DNA of 64,000 nucleotides from Eledone cirrhosa (taxonomy: Eukaryota). Below the pieces are notes generated by a model, which was not told where the DNA came from, ran no database searches, and saw only the letters and a program-made list of their open reading frames with translations. Shown here piece by piece: positions 26,400 to 39,562 of the stretch. The stretch is taken from positions 60,884,001 to 60,948,000 of the forward strand of contig OZ024745.1 in NCBI GenBank assembly GCA_964016885.1, written 5' to 3'. Every line of letters begins with the position of its first letter. Position 1 is the first letter of the stretch. Position numbers and translations under genes: made by a program.

Positions 26400-27300
26400 T
26401 ATGGCTAGCAGATATAATGGTTAATTGCAGTATAAGTAGGCTCCTACTGAACAAATAAGCAGCCCCAGACCAACAATGGTAAACTACTAGGTGAGATAGA
26501 GCAATGGGTGATGACACTATTGGCTCCAAAGAAAACTCTCACAACCCAGTAATGTAGCTACAATGAGGTGAGTAAAGGCCGCTTCTAAAAAAAACTAGTC
26601 TTTGTGGGTCTGAGAAAAGTATCAAATTGGTGACTGGTGTGAATAAAACCACTAAAACACTGCAACATGGTTTGATACAACAAAGACAGTCATACCACAT
26701 TGTCCTTTGTACAGGATAACATGGAACACATTCAGGCTTTAGGGAGAGGAACCTGTTTGAAAAATATATTGCAGTCTCCATCCAATGCTGCAAGACTGGC
26801 AATGGGTTTGTAACCTGTCCTGGGAGGCATGGGATGGAAGCACAAAGGTGGTTACATATCCCAAGACACCAAAGAGGGTCCAGAAGGGAGCAAACATTGA
26901 CAATTGGTAACTGGAATATTACAACTCTTTCAGGCAAGTAGCAGGAACTAGTAGAGGAGGACAGATGCTATTGGTTAGATATAGTTGGGGTTTCCTCAAC
27001 AAAGTTCCATGACTTTGATATTGTAGATTTAGATGGAGGGTGGAAACTCCACTATTCGGGTGTGGTGCCAGAAATGACTGCAGAAGTAGGAGTAGGGATA
27101 CTCACAAGCTCTTAACTGTCAGAATGTGTTATGGAGCCTGTTGAGAGGGAGGATTTGCTCTTGAAGCTTAGACTGTGGGTGGTGCAAGTTTATGCATCAG
27201 AGAACCTGAATACAGATCCTTCCTTGATGAAGTCACTACAGCATCAGATGTAGTTATGACTGAGACATATATCCTAATGGGAGACTTCAATGTACACTAA
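26400..27300 (+). mobile_element. RTE LINE 5' part with decayed APE endonuclease
   Basis: LTIGNWNITTLSGK*QELVEE...DIVGVSSTK...GWKLHYSGV...GVGIL...VQVYA...ILMGDFN. The 5' segment 26620-26770 recurs at 32420-32555. Confidence 0.78.
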
Positions 27301-28210
27301 CATTACACATGCAGAAGAGTATGCTCACTTCACTTCTTTCTAATCTTGGCAAATCCTTGCATTTATGGTTCATATCTGAATATTTCATGCCACATATAAG
27401 CATCAAATAATATGGTTTTTGCCCTAAGAAAGAATCCCTTTATTACCAGCAAAGAAATATCTCTGAGACCAGAAGAGCATGATAACTAGGCTAAAACCTG
27501 GGACTACTTGTGTAATTTGAAATAAAAATTCAGCCTAGTATTCCTACCCACTTGTAACTTTTTTATGTCTCCTTATCTCATTGACAATCTTAGAAAAAGC
27601 ATGAATGTCACTGAAAGGAGAGATCCCCTTCAGTCACGAAAGACCATGGGTTTTGCACCTAGAAAGTTCCACTCTGAGGCACAAACCCAGGCAAGGTGTT
27701 TTTGTGGAATACTAGCAGTTGCCCACGCATACAAGTCGCCCCTCTCCATGCCACCAATGTTGTCCAAGGAAAAGGCAAAGGTTGATACAACTTGGCACCC
27801 GAGACATTGCAGCTCATTCCTGCAGCTGGGAGAATTGAAGCAAAGAGAAATAAAGTGACTGGCTCAATGACACAATGCATCACCCTGTCCTCACGATTGT
27901 GAATCCAGCACTCTAACCACTAAGCCACACACCTTCAAATGTCATTAAAACGAATGACATTACAATCCTTATAAATATGAAATTTCACAAGCTGACAAGG
28001 AAACCTTTACATAGTCAAACAACCCAAGAGAAATAGCACCAAGTTCTCTCTCAAATCACACCTTACAGTCTTCAAAATTAGAGGACATATTGGACAATCT
28101 AGTCTTGGATATACATAATAGGATCATCATGGTTGGAAAGCATTTCATCATAGGTCTGCTAGATTAGAATTTACTTGGAATTAAACATCAACATATGAAA
28201 TTTTATTTAC

Positions 28211-28354
28211 CAATTTAATAGCCTTTCGTCGAAGTTCCCATTCATTCCACTCATAGGACTTGACGATATTCTTCTCAATGAAGTGTGTGTCTGTCTGGGT
28301 TCCGTTTTCATATTTTACAATAGGCTTATGTAAATAGCGCCGGCCATCTTTTGT
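28211..28354 (-). CDS. CFAP206: CFAP206 exon L (TKDGRRYLHKPIVKYENGTQTDTHFIEKNIVKSYEWNEWELRRKAIKL)
   Basis: Acceptor atgcag, donor gtaaat; 144 nt, phase 0->0. Contains the hallmark SYEWNEWELRRKAIKL. Confidence 0.96.
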
Positions 28355-29569
28355 CTGCATTGAAACAAGATATCAGTTAGAGGAGAAGAAGAAATTGTTA
28401 TTCAAGAAACCATTATTTTCATCAAGACGTCTATGACAGTACAAATACAAAAACATAGAAAAGCAACAAAGAAGACACAGTGCAAGGACTTACACCTCAA
28501 ATACAATAGACTTTATGAACATAAGGACTACAATATGTGTGAGGTTGGACAAAAGAAAGTTATATGAAAACAAAGGTAAGGTGCCGAGGATCAGTATGTC
28601 TGAGCTGGGCAGTGAAGTAAGCTCCCACTGGCCTACAAAATGGCTCAAATAATTTGTGTTTATCACCTCTGCCGGCCAAACTCCCTCCCATGCATCCCTG
28701 TCATGGCACTGGCTTCACCAAATTGGGTTGGATATGAAAGTGAGAGTTCAGCACTATAATCAATGCAATGCTTGGATTGCAATATCCTAAAGTTCAGCAT
28801 ATACTTGTGACTGGGCACCACTTGTGAAACCAATCGCCTGAAACTCCATTGAAATGAACTTACACTGTGAAATCCTTCGATGGAACTGGCTCATCCCACC
28901 TCGGGTGTTCTCTCTGATAGAGACGAAGTGAGAGTATATTTAAATTCATGTAAAAATGAGAAATCTCATCGCTAGAACAGCCATTAAAACAACCAAAAGC
29001 TGTCAAAGACAGTGATGGGCTATTGCTGGTACTCATTTTCAGCTGAGTATACTGGAGCAATGTGAAATGAAGTGTTTTGGTCAAGAACACAACACACAAC
29101 CCAGCCCAGGAATGGAACCCACAACATGATCATAAGTTCAACACCCTTACAACAACTAGGCCACACGCCTCCAATACAACACATAGTCATAAATATTTGA
29201 CACCCAATACTATTATTATTACACATGCCACACACCAACAATAAGTCACATTCAACACCCAATCAACACCCAATAAAATAACACAGTACATAGCCATAAT
29301 GACATTTTTTACAGTTTCTTGAGCTGGTAAAAACAGTAGTCAAATCTCCCTTGAAAGAAAGTATACATTGGATAATGTAGTCCCTAAAACACATGCAAAA
29401 AGATGGGTTAGTTACAGCAGAAATGTCTTCAATAATAGATGAGATAGGCCCTACAACTAATGTATAAAAAATAACAAAAATCTTGCTTTATATTTCAGCA
29501 ATGCAGAGTAAATATAGTAAAAATATTGACACAATATACACTCAATGTAGAAATAATGTGGCAACAAAC

Positions 29570-29663
29570 CTGTGGTGAGACAGTACTAAACTGGTTATAT
29601 AATTCAAGGAGGTGTATCAACTCTGGATTATATTTGGCAATTTCTCCACTGGAGAGCATATAT
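29570..29663 (-). CDS. CFAP206: CFAP206 exon K (KYMLSSGEIAKYNPELIHLLELYNQFSTVSPQ)
   Basis: Acceptor caacag, donor gtttgt; 94 nt, phase 2->0. Contains the ELIxLLELxxQF motif. Confidence 0.92.
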
Positions 29664-29728
29664 CTGTTGGATAACAAAAGAAAAAAATATTAAAACATAC
29701 ATCATTACTGGATCAACTTTCTCTAGGG

Positions 29729-29895
29729 CAGTAGCTCCCAAAATGGGTTCTGCAAAAGAATGTCTAGGGTTCCATGAAAAAAGGTAGAGCAGTATATCTA
29801 TATTATGACCATACAACAGTATAAGACTTTGGAGTTTCCCAAAATGTTTCTGAACCAAAAAGGGTTCCACGTTTGGAAAAGTTTGGAATACCCTG
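29729..29895. mobile_element. hAT-type MITE
   Basis: Imperfect TIRs cagtagctcccaaa / tttggaataccctg; perfect 8-bp TSD ctctaggg. Confidence 0.75.
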
Positions 29896-30567
29896 CTCTA
29901 GGGTATATGAAATTAAATCAAAGCTAGGAAGGTGGAGCACCATTAATAACAGGGATGGGTGTAACCATAATCAGAACCAGAGATGTAAAATGTACAAAAC
30001 CAGTGGATCGTTAGAATATTGGTCAAAATGTCAACAGTATTTACTTATGACCTCACACCTACTGAGGTCAAATCCTGTTGAGGTCAACTTTGCTTTTCGT
30101 CCTTACAGAGTCATCATCATTATCATCACTGTTTTGTATCCACTTTTCATATTTGCATGGGTTGGATGGGTTCTGTTCAGTCCAGCATAGCACCTCTCCA
30201 ATCGTCCCGGTCCTTCGTCATCTATGTGAGATACAGTGATTTGAGATCAGCTCTAACAACTTTTGCCCAGATCTTCCTTAGTCTCCTACTCTAGCACTCT
30301 TCCACTGGAATTTCTTAGCACTTTTTCACCCAATGATCATTATTCATACACATCACATGACCATACCAGAGCAGTCTTCTCTCCCGCCCACTACATGTAA
30401 ATCATTTTATATCCAGCCTCACTCTCAGCTCATCTATGCTTTGCCTTTCAAATATATTAACATAGCATTTCGTCTGCGTTCAGTCCCCAGACAAGTACTA
30501 AGTTGATTTAATATTCCTATTTAGTATCCTAGATATTAAAGAACTAAGAAGACTAAACGTTGCTTAA

Positions 30568-30777
30568 CCCTTTAGCATTCACATTACTCTATATATACTA
30601 TTATATTTTCATGGTAAATGCTTTATCTCACATAATTATCTCACATAATATCGAATCTATGAGATTTTGAAAGTATTTATTTTGAGAACAATACCTTAAC
30701 ATCAGTTTGAGTGACAAGTTACAGTCAGTTTCAACAGAAAAATATAGAGAATTCTGGCGGGTTTGAACATTAAAGGG
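30568..30777. mobile_element. piggyBac-type (TTAA) MITE, copy 1
   Basis: TTAA|CCCTTTAGCATT...cattAAAGGG|TTAA; internal sequence homologous to 31590-31797. Confidence 0.8.
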
Positions 30778-30996
30778 TTAAACTTCAAAGAGGCATTTAA
30801 GAACTGGTACTTAGCTTTAGTTTCATGATGTTGGTGGGGGTGAAAGTTATATATCAGGATACTATGATAGTCTAACTCAAGTGACATTTTGAGATAATCT
30901 GGTATTTATACCTGACAACTAGATGCAATATAGAATATTCTTCTTCAAAAACAAACAATTATGAAACAAAAGAAATGCCTGCCACACCTCCCCCAC

Positions 30997-31345
30997 CAAA
31001 GCACCCAGTCCACACTGTAAAGTGGTCATGTAGGTGTCACGACAAAAAGCACCCAGTCCTCGCTGTAAAGTGGTCATGTAGGTATCACGACAAAAAGCAC
31101 CCAGTCCACACTGTAAAGTGGTTGTGTAGGTGACACAACAAAAAGCACCCTCTCCACACTGTAAAGTGGTCATGTACGTGGCACGACAAAAAGCACCTAG
31201 TCTACGCTGTAAAGTGGTTATGTTGGTGACATGACAGAAAGCACCCAGTCCACACTATAAAGTGGTCATGTAGGTGTCATGACAAAAAGCACCTTGTCTA
31301 TACTGTAAAGTGGTTGTGTTGGTGACATGGCAAAAAGCACCCAGA
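30997..31345 (+). repeat. 48-bp minisatellite (~7 units), SINE-derived
   Basis: Unit aaaaagcacccagtccacactgtaaagtggtcatgtaggtgtcacgac with gcacc starting at 31001, 31049, 31097, 31145, 31193, 31241, 31289 and 31337. Related arrays at 36455-36575, 49400-49610(-) and 57770-58135. Confidence 0.9.
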
Positions 31346-31375
31346 AATGTATATAATTAATTGTGTTTTACTTGC

Positions 31376-31518
31376 TTTTGTGGATTTTTAGCAAATGTAT
31401 AGGCATCTTCAGTTGTAGCAAAAGCATAATAATAGTTCTGGTACTTAGCAATTCCAATAGCACGGTTACCACGCAATAATAGGCCATTAAATTTGGACAG
31501 TGTCACAGGACAGTAACC
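31376..31518 (-). CDS. CFAP206: CFAP206 exon J (GYCPVTLSKFNGLLLRGNRAIGIAKYQNYYYAFATTEDAYTFAKNPQ), GC donor
   Basis: Acceptor ttgtag; 143 nt, phase 0->2 using AA|GCAAGT. Matches recalled GFCAYTF...GLLLPGNPAIGILKY...AYSFAENP. Confidence 0.9.
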
Positions 31519-31589
31519 CTACAAAAATCAAAGGAAAAAATTAATTGGTAGATGTCATCATCATCATCATTATCATCATCACCGTTTAA

Positions 31590-31797
31590 CCCTTTAGCAT
31601 TTACATTACTCTATATATACTATTGTATTTTTATGATAAAGGTTTTACCTCACATAATATTGAATCTATGAGATTTTAATGTTATTTATTTTGAGAACAA
31701 TACCTTAACATCAGAATGAGTGGCCAGTTAGGGCTAGTTTGAACAGAAAGAGGTGAGAGAATTCTGGCCGGATGTGGCTTGTTTAAATGCTAAAGGG
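31590..31797. mobile_element. piggyBac-type (TTAA) MITE, copy 2
   Basis: TTAA|CCCTTTAGCATTTA...TAAATGCTAAAGGG|TTAA, inserted into a retroposon tail whose empty form (catcatttaacgtccattt) is at about 33001-33025. Confidence 0.85.
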
Positions 31798-32585
31798 TTA
31801 ACGTCCATTTTCCACACTAAAATGGGTTAGATGAGTTATTCCATTGAGACAAGCCAGGTTGGATGTCCATGTCTTGCTCATACAAGAAACATGGCTTGGT
31901 GTCTACAGCTGGATGCCCTTCCTGGATCTCCTGCCGGTTGGTTTTGCCCATGAAATATGTCCAGCGGTTCTTTCCTGAAACATTCTAACCACATGCTCAT
32001 AGCATCAGAGCTGTGATCTCTCAATTCAGAGAAGTAGTGGCTCTACCTGGAATGACTCTCTGGTCTCCGAGCTATGTAGTTTATTGAGTAATGTTACTCC
32101 AAAGACCCTTCAGAGGAACCTCATTTCAGCTGCTTGTATTCGCAATCGTATTCTTTTGGTCATTACCCAAGATTTATGACCATAGGTGAGGGTTGGCACA
32201 AATACTGAATTTAAGATAGCAAGTTTGACTTTTACACCTACTTCCCTTCTTCTGAGCACTGAATGTGAATCTGATGCATTACTGCACCAGCTCCTGCAAT
32301 TCTTGCACTTAATTCAGCTTCCTACCTTCCATTACTTATGAACACAGTCCCAAGATATGTGAACATGTAGTGTACTGCGCAGGCATCCTTGAGAGGATGA
32401 GTGTTTGAGAAAGAACCAGATTAGTGACTGACGCGAATAAAACCACCAAAACTGCAATATGGTGAGTGGTAACAAAAAGAACCATACCACAATGACCTTT
32501 GCACAGGTTAACAAGGGACACATTCAGGCCTTAGGTAAAGGGGGCCTGAAAAATAATATACAGAACCAATTGCCTAAATGCTTAC

Positions 32586-32690
32586 CGCACATTCTAAAGT
32601 CAATTGGTCAAAATTCGTCGTAGTTTCTGGAATCAACCATTCTATATCTGAGTAGTTCATTATTTTATTGATTTCCACTTTGTTACAGTG
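32586..32690 (-). CDS. CFAP206: CFAP206 exon I (HCNKVEINKIMNYSDIEWLIPETTTNFDQLTLECA)
   Basis: Acceptor ttgcag, donor gtaagc; 105 nt, phase 0->0. Contains the EWLxPETTxNFDxL motif. Confidence 0.92.
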
Positions 32691-33838
32691 CTGCAAATAA
32701 ATAGTTTTTAGAAAACAAAATTTCTTATAAAATTTTTACATTATGATTATAATAATGATTCCCAAAACCAGAAAATACATATGAAACTTATTTTTAAGTA
32801 TTTTTAAAACATATATATATACACTATGTTAAGGTATCAATACATATTTAATATGTATGATGATATTGTTTCTCAATAAAAAGACCAATGGACCTTGGTT
32901 CAGAGCATCAATGCTATGTGCTTCTCAAACGATATATGCTTCTTTTGCTCTACATATATCTTTTCAATTTCAATATATATATATATATCATAATCATAGT
33001 CATCATCATTTAACGTCCATTTTCCATGCTAGCATGGGCTAGGTGGGTTATCTTGTTTGAGGCAAGTTGGGTGAGGTAACTGTGTCTTGCTCATACAGAA
33101 CTGTTTGTGGCTTGGCTTCTAGAGCTGGATGCCCTTCCAAACGCCAACCGCATTTACAGTGAGTGCTGCGTGCTTTTTGTTGTGACTCATACATGACCAC
33201 TTTACTGTGTGGGCTGGGTGTTTTTTGCATATAAATACATGTGATGGGCTCTCTTGTTATTTTCGATATATGAGTGCCAACAAATGTTACTTTTTTACTT
33301 CACATTTTAGTGTTTGTTTCTTCTGTGAGACACTAAACCTACTTCTGCTGGGTAATCGTGGTCTACATGAATGGCTAGCGAGATGCCCTGACTTAATGTC
33401 ATGCAATTTTTTCCTGTAGGGCGAGCAATTGAGGAGAGATGTACCAGGGTTGTTAAAATAAAGAACCAATCAAATACTGATATTATTCAAAGATCCCTAT
33501 TAGTCCTTTAGTTTTTAGCAGGTGAAAAACAGTGAGGCCTTTAGTTGTAAAAAGATTACTATACTAAAGTAACTGTCACTGTTTTACCTGTATATACATC
33601 AATACATACGATTTGTTCAGCAATATTCTTGATGTGAAATCTTGACAAGATGGAGTAGAAGTTTAAGACCAGAAAATAAGGAGGCACAAAACAGATAGTC
33701 ATTGAAGAGGTCACAGAATGTGTGATTAAAAAACTTTGACAAACAAATGAATAATGAATAATAAAGATAAAAAGTGAAAATTATATGGAGTATGTGTTTC
33801 TTTCTATTGGCAACATGACCATCTTCAAATATAACAAC

Positions 33839-33871
<33 letters not shown>

Positions 33872-34773
33872 TATGTATATAGATATATTTACCCATATAC
33901 AGATAAATTACCAAGATGGTAATACATTACCAGCAGCAAATCAGCATTGCATAACTACACCTCATAATTGTATGAGCATCTGATGATGTCACATGGAGAC
34001 TGTCAATGATATAACCATTGCATAACCATGGCATTGAAATATATTATGCAATAAAACAATTTTGTAAAAGTAACAACATTTCGTATATATATATTTATAT
34101 AAAAGAAATAAGATTTTGCTTCAAGCATAGCTTTACACAAAAATGTATAGAAATTTCGTATTTCTAAAGATCTTTTAGGAAGCCATAGCTATGCAAACAC
34201 CGGGGGTATATATATATATTTACCCATATATACATAAATACATACATAAGTATCATCATCATCATCATCACCGTTTAAGATCCATTTTTCCACACTGGAA
34301 TAGGTTAGATAAGTTATCCTGTTGAGAGCAATGTCAGGTGAGGTGACTATGTCTTGCTCATACAGAACTCATATATTTACCCATATATTGAGCAAAACAC
34401 TTTATTTCATGTCACACCAATTGATTCAGCTAAAAATGAACACCAGAATTAACTGGGAGTTAACTTGTGATGGACTGGCATCTTGTCCACCAGGAAAAGT
34501 CTTGTATAGTCAGTCAGTCACTTAATACCAATGAAACTAGGATAAACACTGGCCTGATGAGCCTCAGGAATTGGGATAGACTTCAACTTTTTTAAAACCC
34601 ATATATACATAAATACATACATATGTATATAGATAGCGTAACCCGTAGATATGAATATTTTTGTGTGTATCTGAATATATGTGTGTGTGTATCCATGATT
34701 ATCATGGAGAATAACCATAATAAATTTCTTTAATGGCCTCCCTTACACTTAAAAATTGAATAATGGGACTTAC

Positions 34774-34860
34774 TAAAGGTGATTCTGATGTAAAGTCTTG
34801 TATCTCAATGTCCATCAGCAATGGAGCCATAGTAGCATCATTGAAAATCTTAAGATGAGC
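34774..34860 (-). CDS. CFAP206: CFAP206 exon H (AHLKIFNDATMAPLLMDIEIQDFTSESPL)
   Basis: Acceptor taacag, donor gtaagt; 87 nt, phase 0->0. Position and AH..F start fit the poorly conserved linker. Confidence 0.78.
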
Positions 34861-34956
34861 CTGTTAGATCAACAGAAAAATATAGGAATTACTTTAACTG
34901 CTCTTAAATACAGTCAACATATACAGACAAGCAAAGACCCACATATTGCCATGTTA

Positions 34957-35011
<55 letters not shown>

Positions 35012-35416
35012 GTGTATATATATGTATTTATATTCATTTTTATTAAGGCTAAATAGTGACTCTTGTTACTCTGGAGTTTCGCCTGTTTAAAAATTTAGTT
35101 ATGTTATTAAATCTCCCCAAATTCTTAATTATTTCCAAACTTATTTGAAAATCACAGACAATATCTTTCATGTGGAATATGGTAATAAGAGGGTTAATGT
35201 ATGTTACCCCTCAATTTCATACTAAACACTTCAGCCAATCCTGTCTCCCTATAACTACAAACCTTTGGAACTCCAATCTATAAATGCTGAAGGAAAACAT
35301 CACCCATATCAATCTCCTCAGTCTGTGAAGGTCATTGATACAGCTTCCACATGGTCTTTTGACTATCTTCTTTTGAATGAAACCAATAATAACTGATCAA
35401 CTGTATGGACACTTAC

Positions 35417-35521
35417 CTTTGAGAAGATATTTAAATTAGATGAGACATTATTGAACACACTTAGAAGTACCATTTCATCTTGTAGACTATTCCACAATTG
35501 GGACATGTGAATGAATAGTGG
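35417..35521 (-). CDS. CFAP206: CFAP206 exon G (PLFIHMSQLWNSLQDEMVLLSVFNNVSSNLNIFSK)
   Basis: Acceptor tttcag, donor gtaagt; 105 nt, phase 0->0. Matches recalled PIFIALSTLWTSLQDE. Confidence 0.92.
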
Positions 35522-35748
35522 CTGAAATGTAGTAACATATATATATGTATATAAAACAATGTTGACTCTGATTGAGATGAAGCAAGAGTGTATTTCAATA
35601 TATATATATATAAAAATAAGAAAACTCAGTGCTAGAACAGTCGTTAAAATAGCTAAATGCTGTCAAAGACAGCAATGGGCAAAAATGCCTCAGAGGACAG
35701 AGACCAGGCTGTTTTAGCGATGGGTTTTCTCATTTTTATATGTATGTG

Positions 35749-35780
<32 letters not shown>

Positions 35781-38700
35781 ATGAAGGTCACCAAATTTAT
35801 CTCATGCTAATATTTTATCCATCTTCCAAAACAGCCCTCCATTTAGTGCCTAGAGGTGTGTTCCTCCTCCATCTAGCCATCTTCAATAACTGAGGAACTG
35901 AGGAAACTGTTCCAAGATATTCCTACAACTCTTTTCATGCCAAGTAAGAATATTTTGAAGTTTTTGTGCTCACTGATCTCTCTTCTTTGGATAAACTATT
36001 TAATCATAATAAACGCTGTACTGGCTGAGAAGAAAAATGTGCATGCTTTGACAATTATTAGCATGTTGTTTTTTCTGTTTTTTTTAAGGCTCCACAAATA
36101 TATGCAAAAAAAGTGGAAAAATAATATTTTTCAAAATTAGAGCTAAATCTCTCAATAAAAAAAAAATGTCCCCCCCCCCCAAAAAAAACAAGTAAAGAAA
36201 TACATACGATGATATATAATTGAGTAAACATTCTGTTTTTTTTTGTAGGGGTGGAGGTGTAGGCTGGAATGTTATCTTCTGAATCTATTCAAATTTATAA
36301 TGATGTCTTATAAAGTTATCTTAGCAATTAAATTTATGAGTATTTTCAATACTTGAAAAAATCCAAATTTTCGTATTTTTCCAACACACACCTCTATTCT
36401 GTCTGCATCAACACCGCCCCTTTCTCTGTAAAGTTATGTTGGTACCACAACATCCAGTCCTAAATAAATGAGGTCGCATAAGTGACACGACAAAAAAAAC
36501 ACACAGTCCACGCTGTAATGTAGCCGTGTAGGTAACACGGTAAAAACCTCCCAGTCCACACTGTAAACATGGTTGGTGTTAGGAAGGGCATCCAGCCATA
36601 GAAAACCTGCCAGACAGTCCTATACGAGCAAGACGACCAATCTTGCCTCAAGTGGGACAATTCCCAGCTAAACCCATGCTAGCATGGAAGATAGACGTTA
36701 AACGATCATGATGATGATGATGATGATGATGATGATATATCATGCAATAAACAATTATGGTGAATTATATAAGAATATATATAAGAATTTTATTGCATAT
36801 TTACTATATCTATATATATGTATATATAATAAAATGGACGAGGTGTTACATTTTCATTACATTTATATATATTTATATATATATATATTTCATTGATAAT
36901 ATAGGGGATGAAGTAAGGAAATTTTTGTTGTTGCTCTTTAATTTAATTTTTTTTCTTATTCCTTTTTAATAATTGTTTTGTCTTAAAACAATAATTTTTA
37001 TTTGGTTAAACATATGCAAAAAGAAAGCAACATTGGAAAGGACTATAAATGCCATAAATGAGAAGAGCAAGGACTACTAGACAAAGAAAGAGAGAAGGGG
37101 AGAAGGTGACAGACTCTACACCAAGGTCAGGGTGGTGTTTCAGCAGTGTCCCACAGGCAAAATGGCAAAAGCATTTCCATGGACAATAGCCACCCCACCT
37201 CGTGGGCTCTTTCCTTAGAGGGGTTGCTATCGATCCAATTTTATAGAGGAGATCAGCTGTCCGGGGTCCAAAGACGCCTGGGATCTTGACGGTGACTGAT
37301 GCAAAGAGGGAACAGTCGAACAAGTTCCAGTATATAAACACTACTTTATCGAGAGATGTCTAATAGAAGAAAGACAAAAATATATGCTATACTTTACTCT
37401 AGAATACATTATAGATGTTTAGGCATCACTCTATCTTTAGACAGATGTAAACAACCTCTCTTTATATACAATATTTTCATTGAAAGAAAAAGAGAGAGAT
37501 GAGTCAGACTGTTAATCTGCTACATATGAACTCTACATTCTTCATTAGCCTACATGAGATCCAAGTAAACTGCTAGTGTACACATAGTTTATACCATGTA
37601 CACAGTATGGAATTCCTACTAAGTCTTTTTCTGTTTATTAAGCATGGCCATTTTCCTGGTGGAATTAGGGCCCACGTTCTTTTCTACTTATAAACCTTTT
37701 GATTTTAGGTTTTGTTTCCATACCTGGAATTTCTTCTCTAATTCTACTACAGATTCAGCTATGAAGAGGTCATCAGTATATAGGTGATCCTACATGTGGA
37801 GTTAGGCTCCCTCACCACACTACAGGCACTCCTGTGTTATAACCTGGTGGTCTATGATAAACAGAAGGGGGCTGAGTACTGAGCCCTGTATGCTACTAAC
37901 TTTATCACTGAACTCATTGTTAACTGTCATTTTGCTGATTGCACCTCTGAACATGGCTAGTACAGCCTTCACATGCTATTCATCTACACACACTCATACA
38001 TAGATAATGGCTCTATCTTGATTTCAAGAACTGCCACCACCTGATGCCCCTCTCACACATGGGTGGCACGAACATGACTCTTCAGTTCTGCCAAGGACTT
38101 TCATTCCTTGCTGCAGGGATGAACATTACTTCCTCCTTGGTTTTGTTCCCTGTACATACAGACATACAGACATGCATACACACATACATACATGATGATG
38201 GCTGCCCCCTCGTTATCGAGTATGGCCATTGCACGATATACCATTATTAATAATTATTAATTAATTCTATCGTACAATGACTGTGCGTGAAGATATGTTT
38301 TAAAGTGAGGAAAGACTGTGCGCTGAGCCAATCCCACTCTCTGAGCGACAGTAGCTATAACCCGAAAAGAAGAAAAGATCAACATCATCGGTAACTACTG
38401 AGCCGCAGGTTTTATATCGGAGTTATCCCAGTTTCCTGAGTTGCCTTCTCCTAGAAGAATACCCTGACAAAGGCTAGGGGTCCTTCACGCCCAGTGGTTT
38501 AACCGCGCAATCGGGTGTCCAGCCTGACTATTTCTATGTCCCCGTGCATATACATACACATGCACCCATGCATATACACATATACATATACATACATATG
38601 TACATGTGTATCTACATATTTATACACTTTTGAATGGCTGTTGACTCTTATGAGTTACATACATACATACACACACACACACACATTAAGAAAACACACA

Positions 38701-38824
38701 TACATATACACATGTGCATAAAAAAGGCATGATGAAAACCAAATGCATGTTGTGCTCCCTTACAGAGCACTGAATAACCACAGCCCTATACTTAACAGAC
38801 ATATAAACAGTGTAGAGCACTTAC

Positions 38825-38944
38825 ATAGACCTGGGTTGTCGGAACAGCTGTTTTGTTTTCAACAGTATTATTGATGAGTTGTAAATGAGTTTGTTGTTCA
38901 TTAATACAGGTTTCAACTAGTCTTGCAGAATTTATCACATCATT
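38825..38944 (-). CDS. CFAP206: CFAP206 exon F (NDVINSARLVETCINEQQTHLQLINNTVENKTAVPTTQVY)
   Basis: Acceptor ttccag, donor gtaagt; 120 nt, phase 0->0. Contains the KxAVPTxQV motif. Confidence 0.9.
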
Positions 38945-39398
38945 CTGGAAAACATATGAAAATATGAGAAATAGCATGACTACACAAAACATTCTACTAC
39001 AATTCTTTTTTACACTATATATGTATACAGGCTGAGTGGTTAGAGAATTGGATTCGCAATCATGAGGTTCTGAGTTCGATCCCGAACCAAGCAATGCATT
39101 ATGTCCTTGAGCAAGACACTTTATTTCATGTTGCTTCTTCTACCTGGATATGCGACCAGTAGATAGTATTAGTAATTGGAAAGACCAATGAAAACATTAT
39201 TTCCTTGGTCCAATTTGACGAATTCCACCCAATTCATTAAGCGAATGAGCTCTGAGATCTTGTCGATCGACTGTTATCATTATATATATATTTTCCCCAA
39301 AATGGCTAACTGAACATAAACAAACATGCTTTTACTAAAAAAAAAAAAACCGCGAAAAAATTCTCTATCCTTCTACTTCATCTTTTATTTCTCGTACT

Positions 39399-39435
39399 AT
39401 TTTCTGATGAAAGACTGATGTCTGAAACATAAAGA
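39399..39435 (+). ncRNA. Degenerate minimal hammerhead motif
   Basis: ttt-CTGATGA-aaga ctgatg tct-GAAAC-AT-A-aag; probably a CpG-decayed GAAACGUA form. Confidence 0.45.
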
Positions 39436-39529
39436 CTCATTTCTTACTATATCAAACGTTAAACTATTATATTATATTTCTTCATTGTACTGTGTTGTCT
39501 GCTTTCCTGTTTCTTTTTACTTTTTGCAC

Positions 39530-39562
<33 letters not shown>

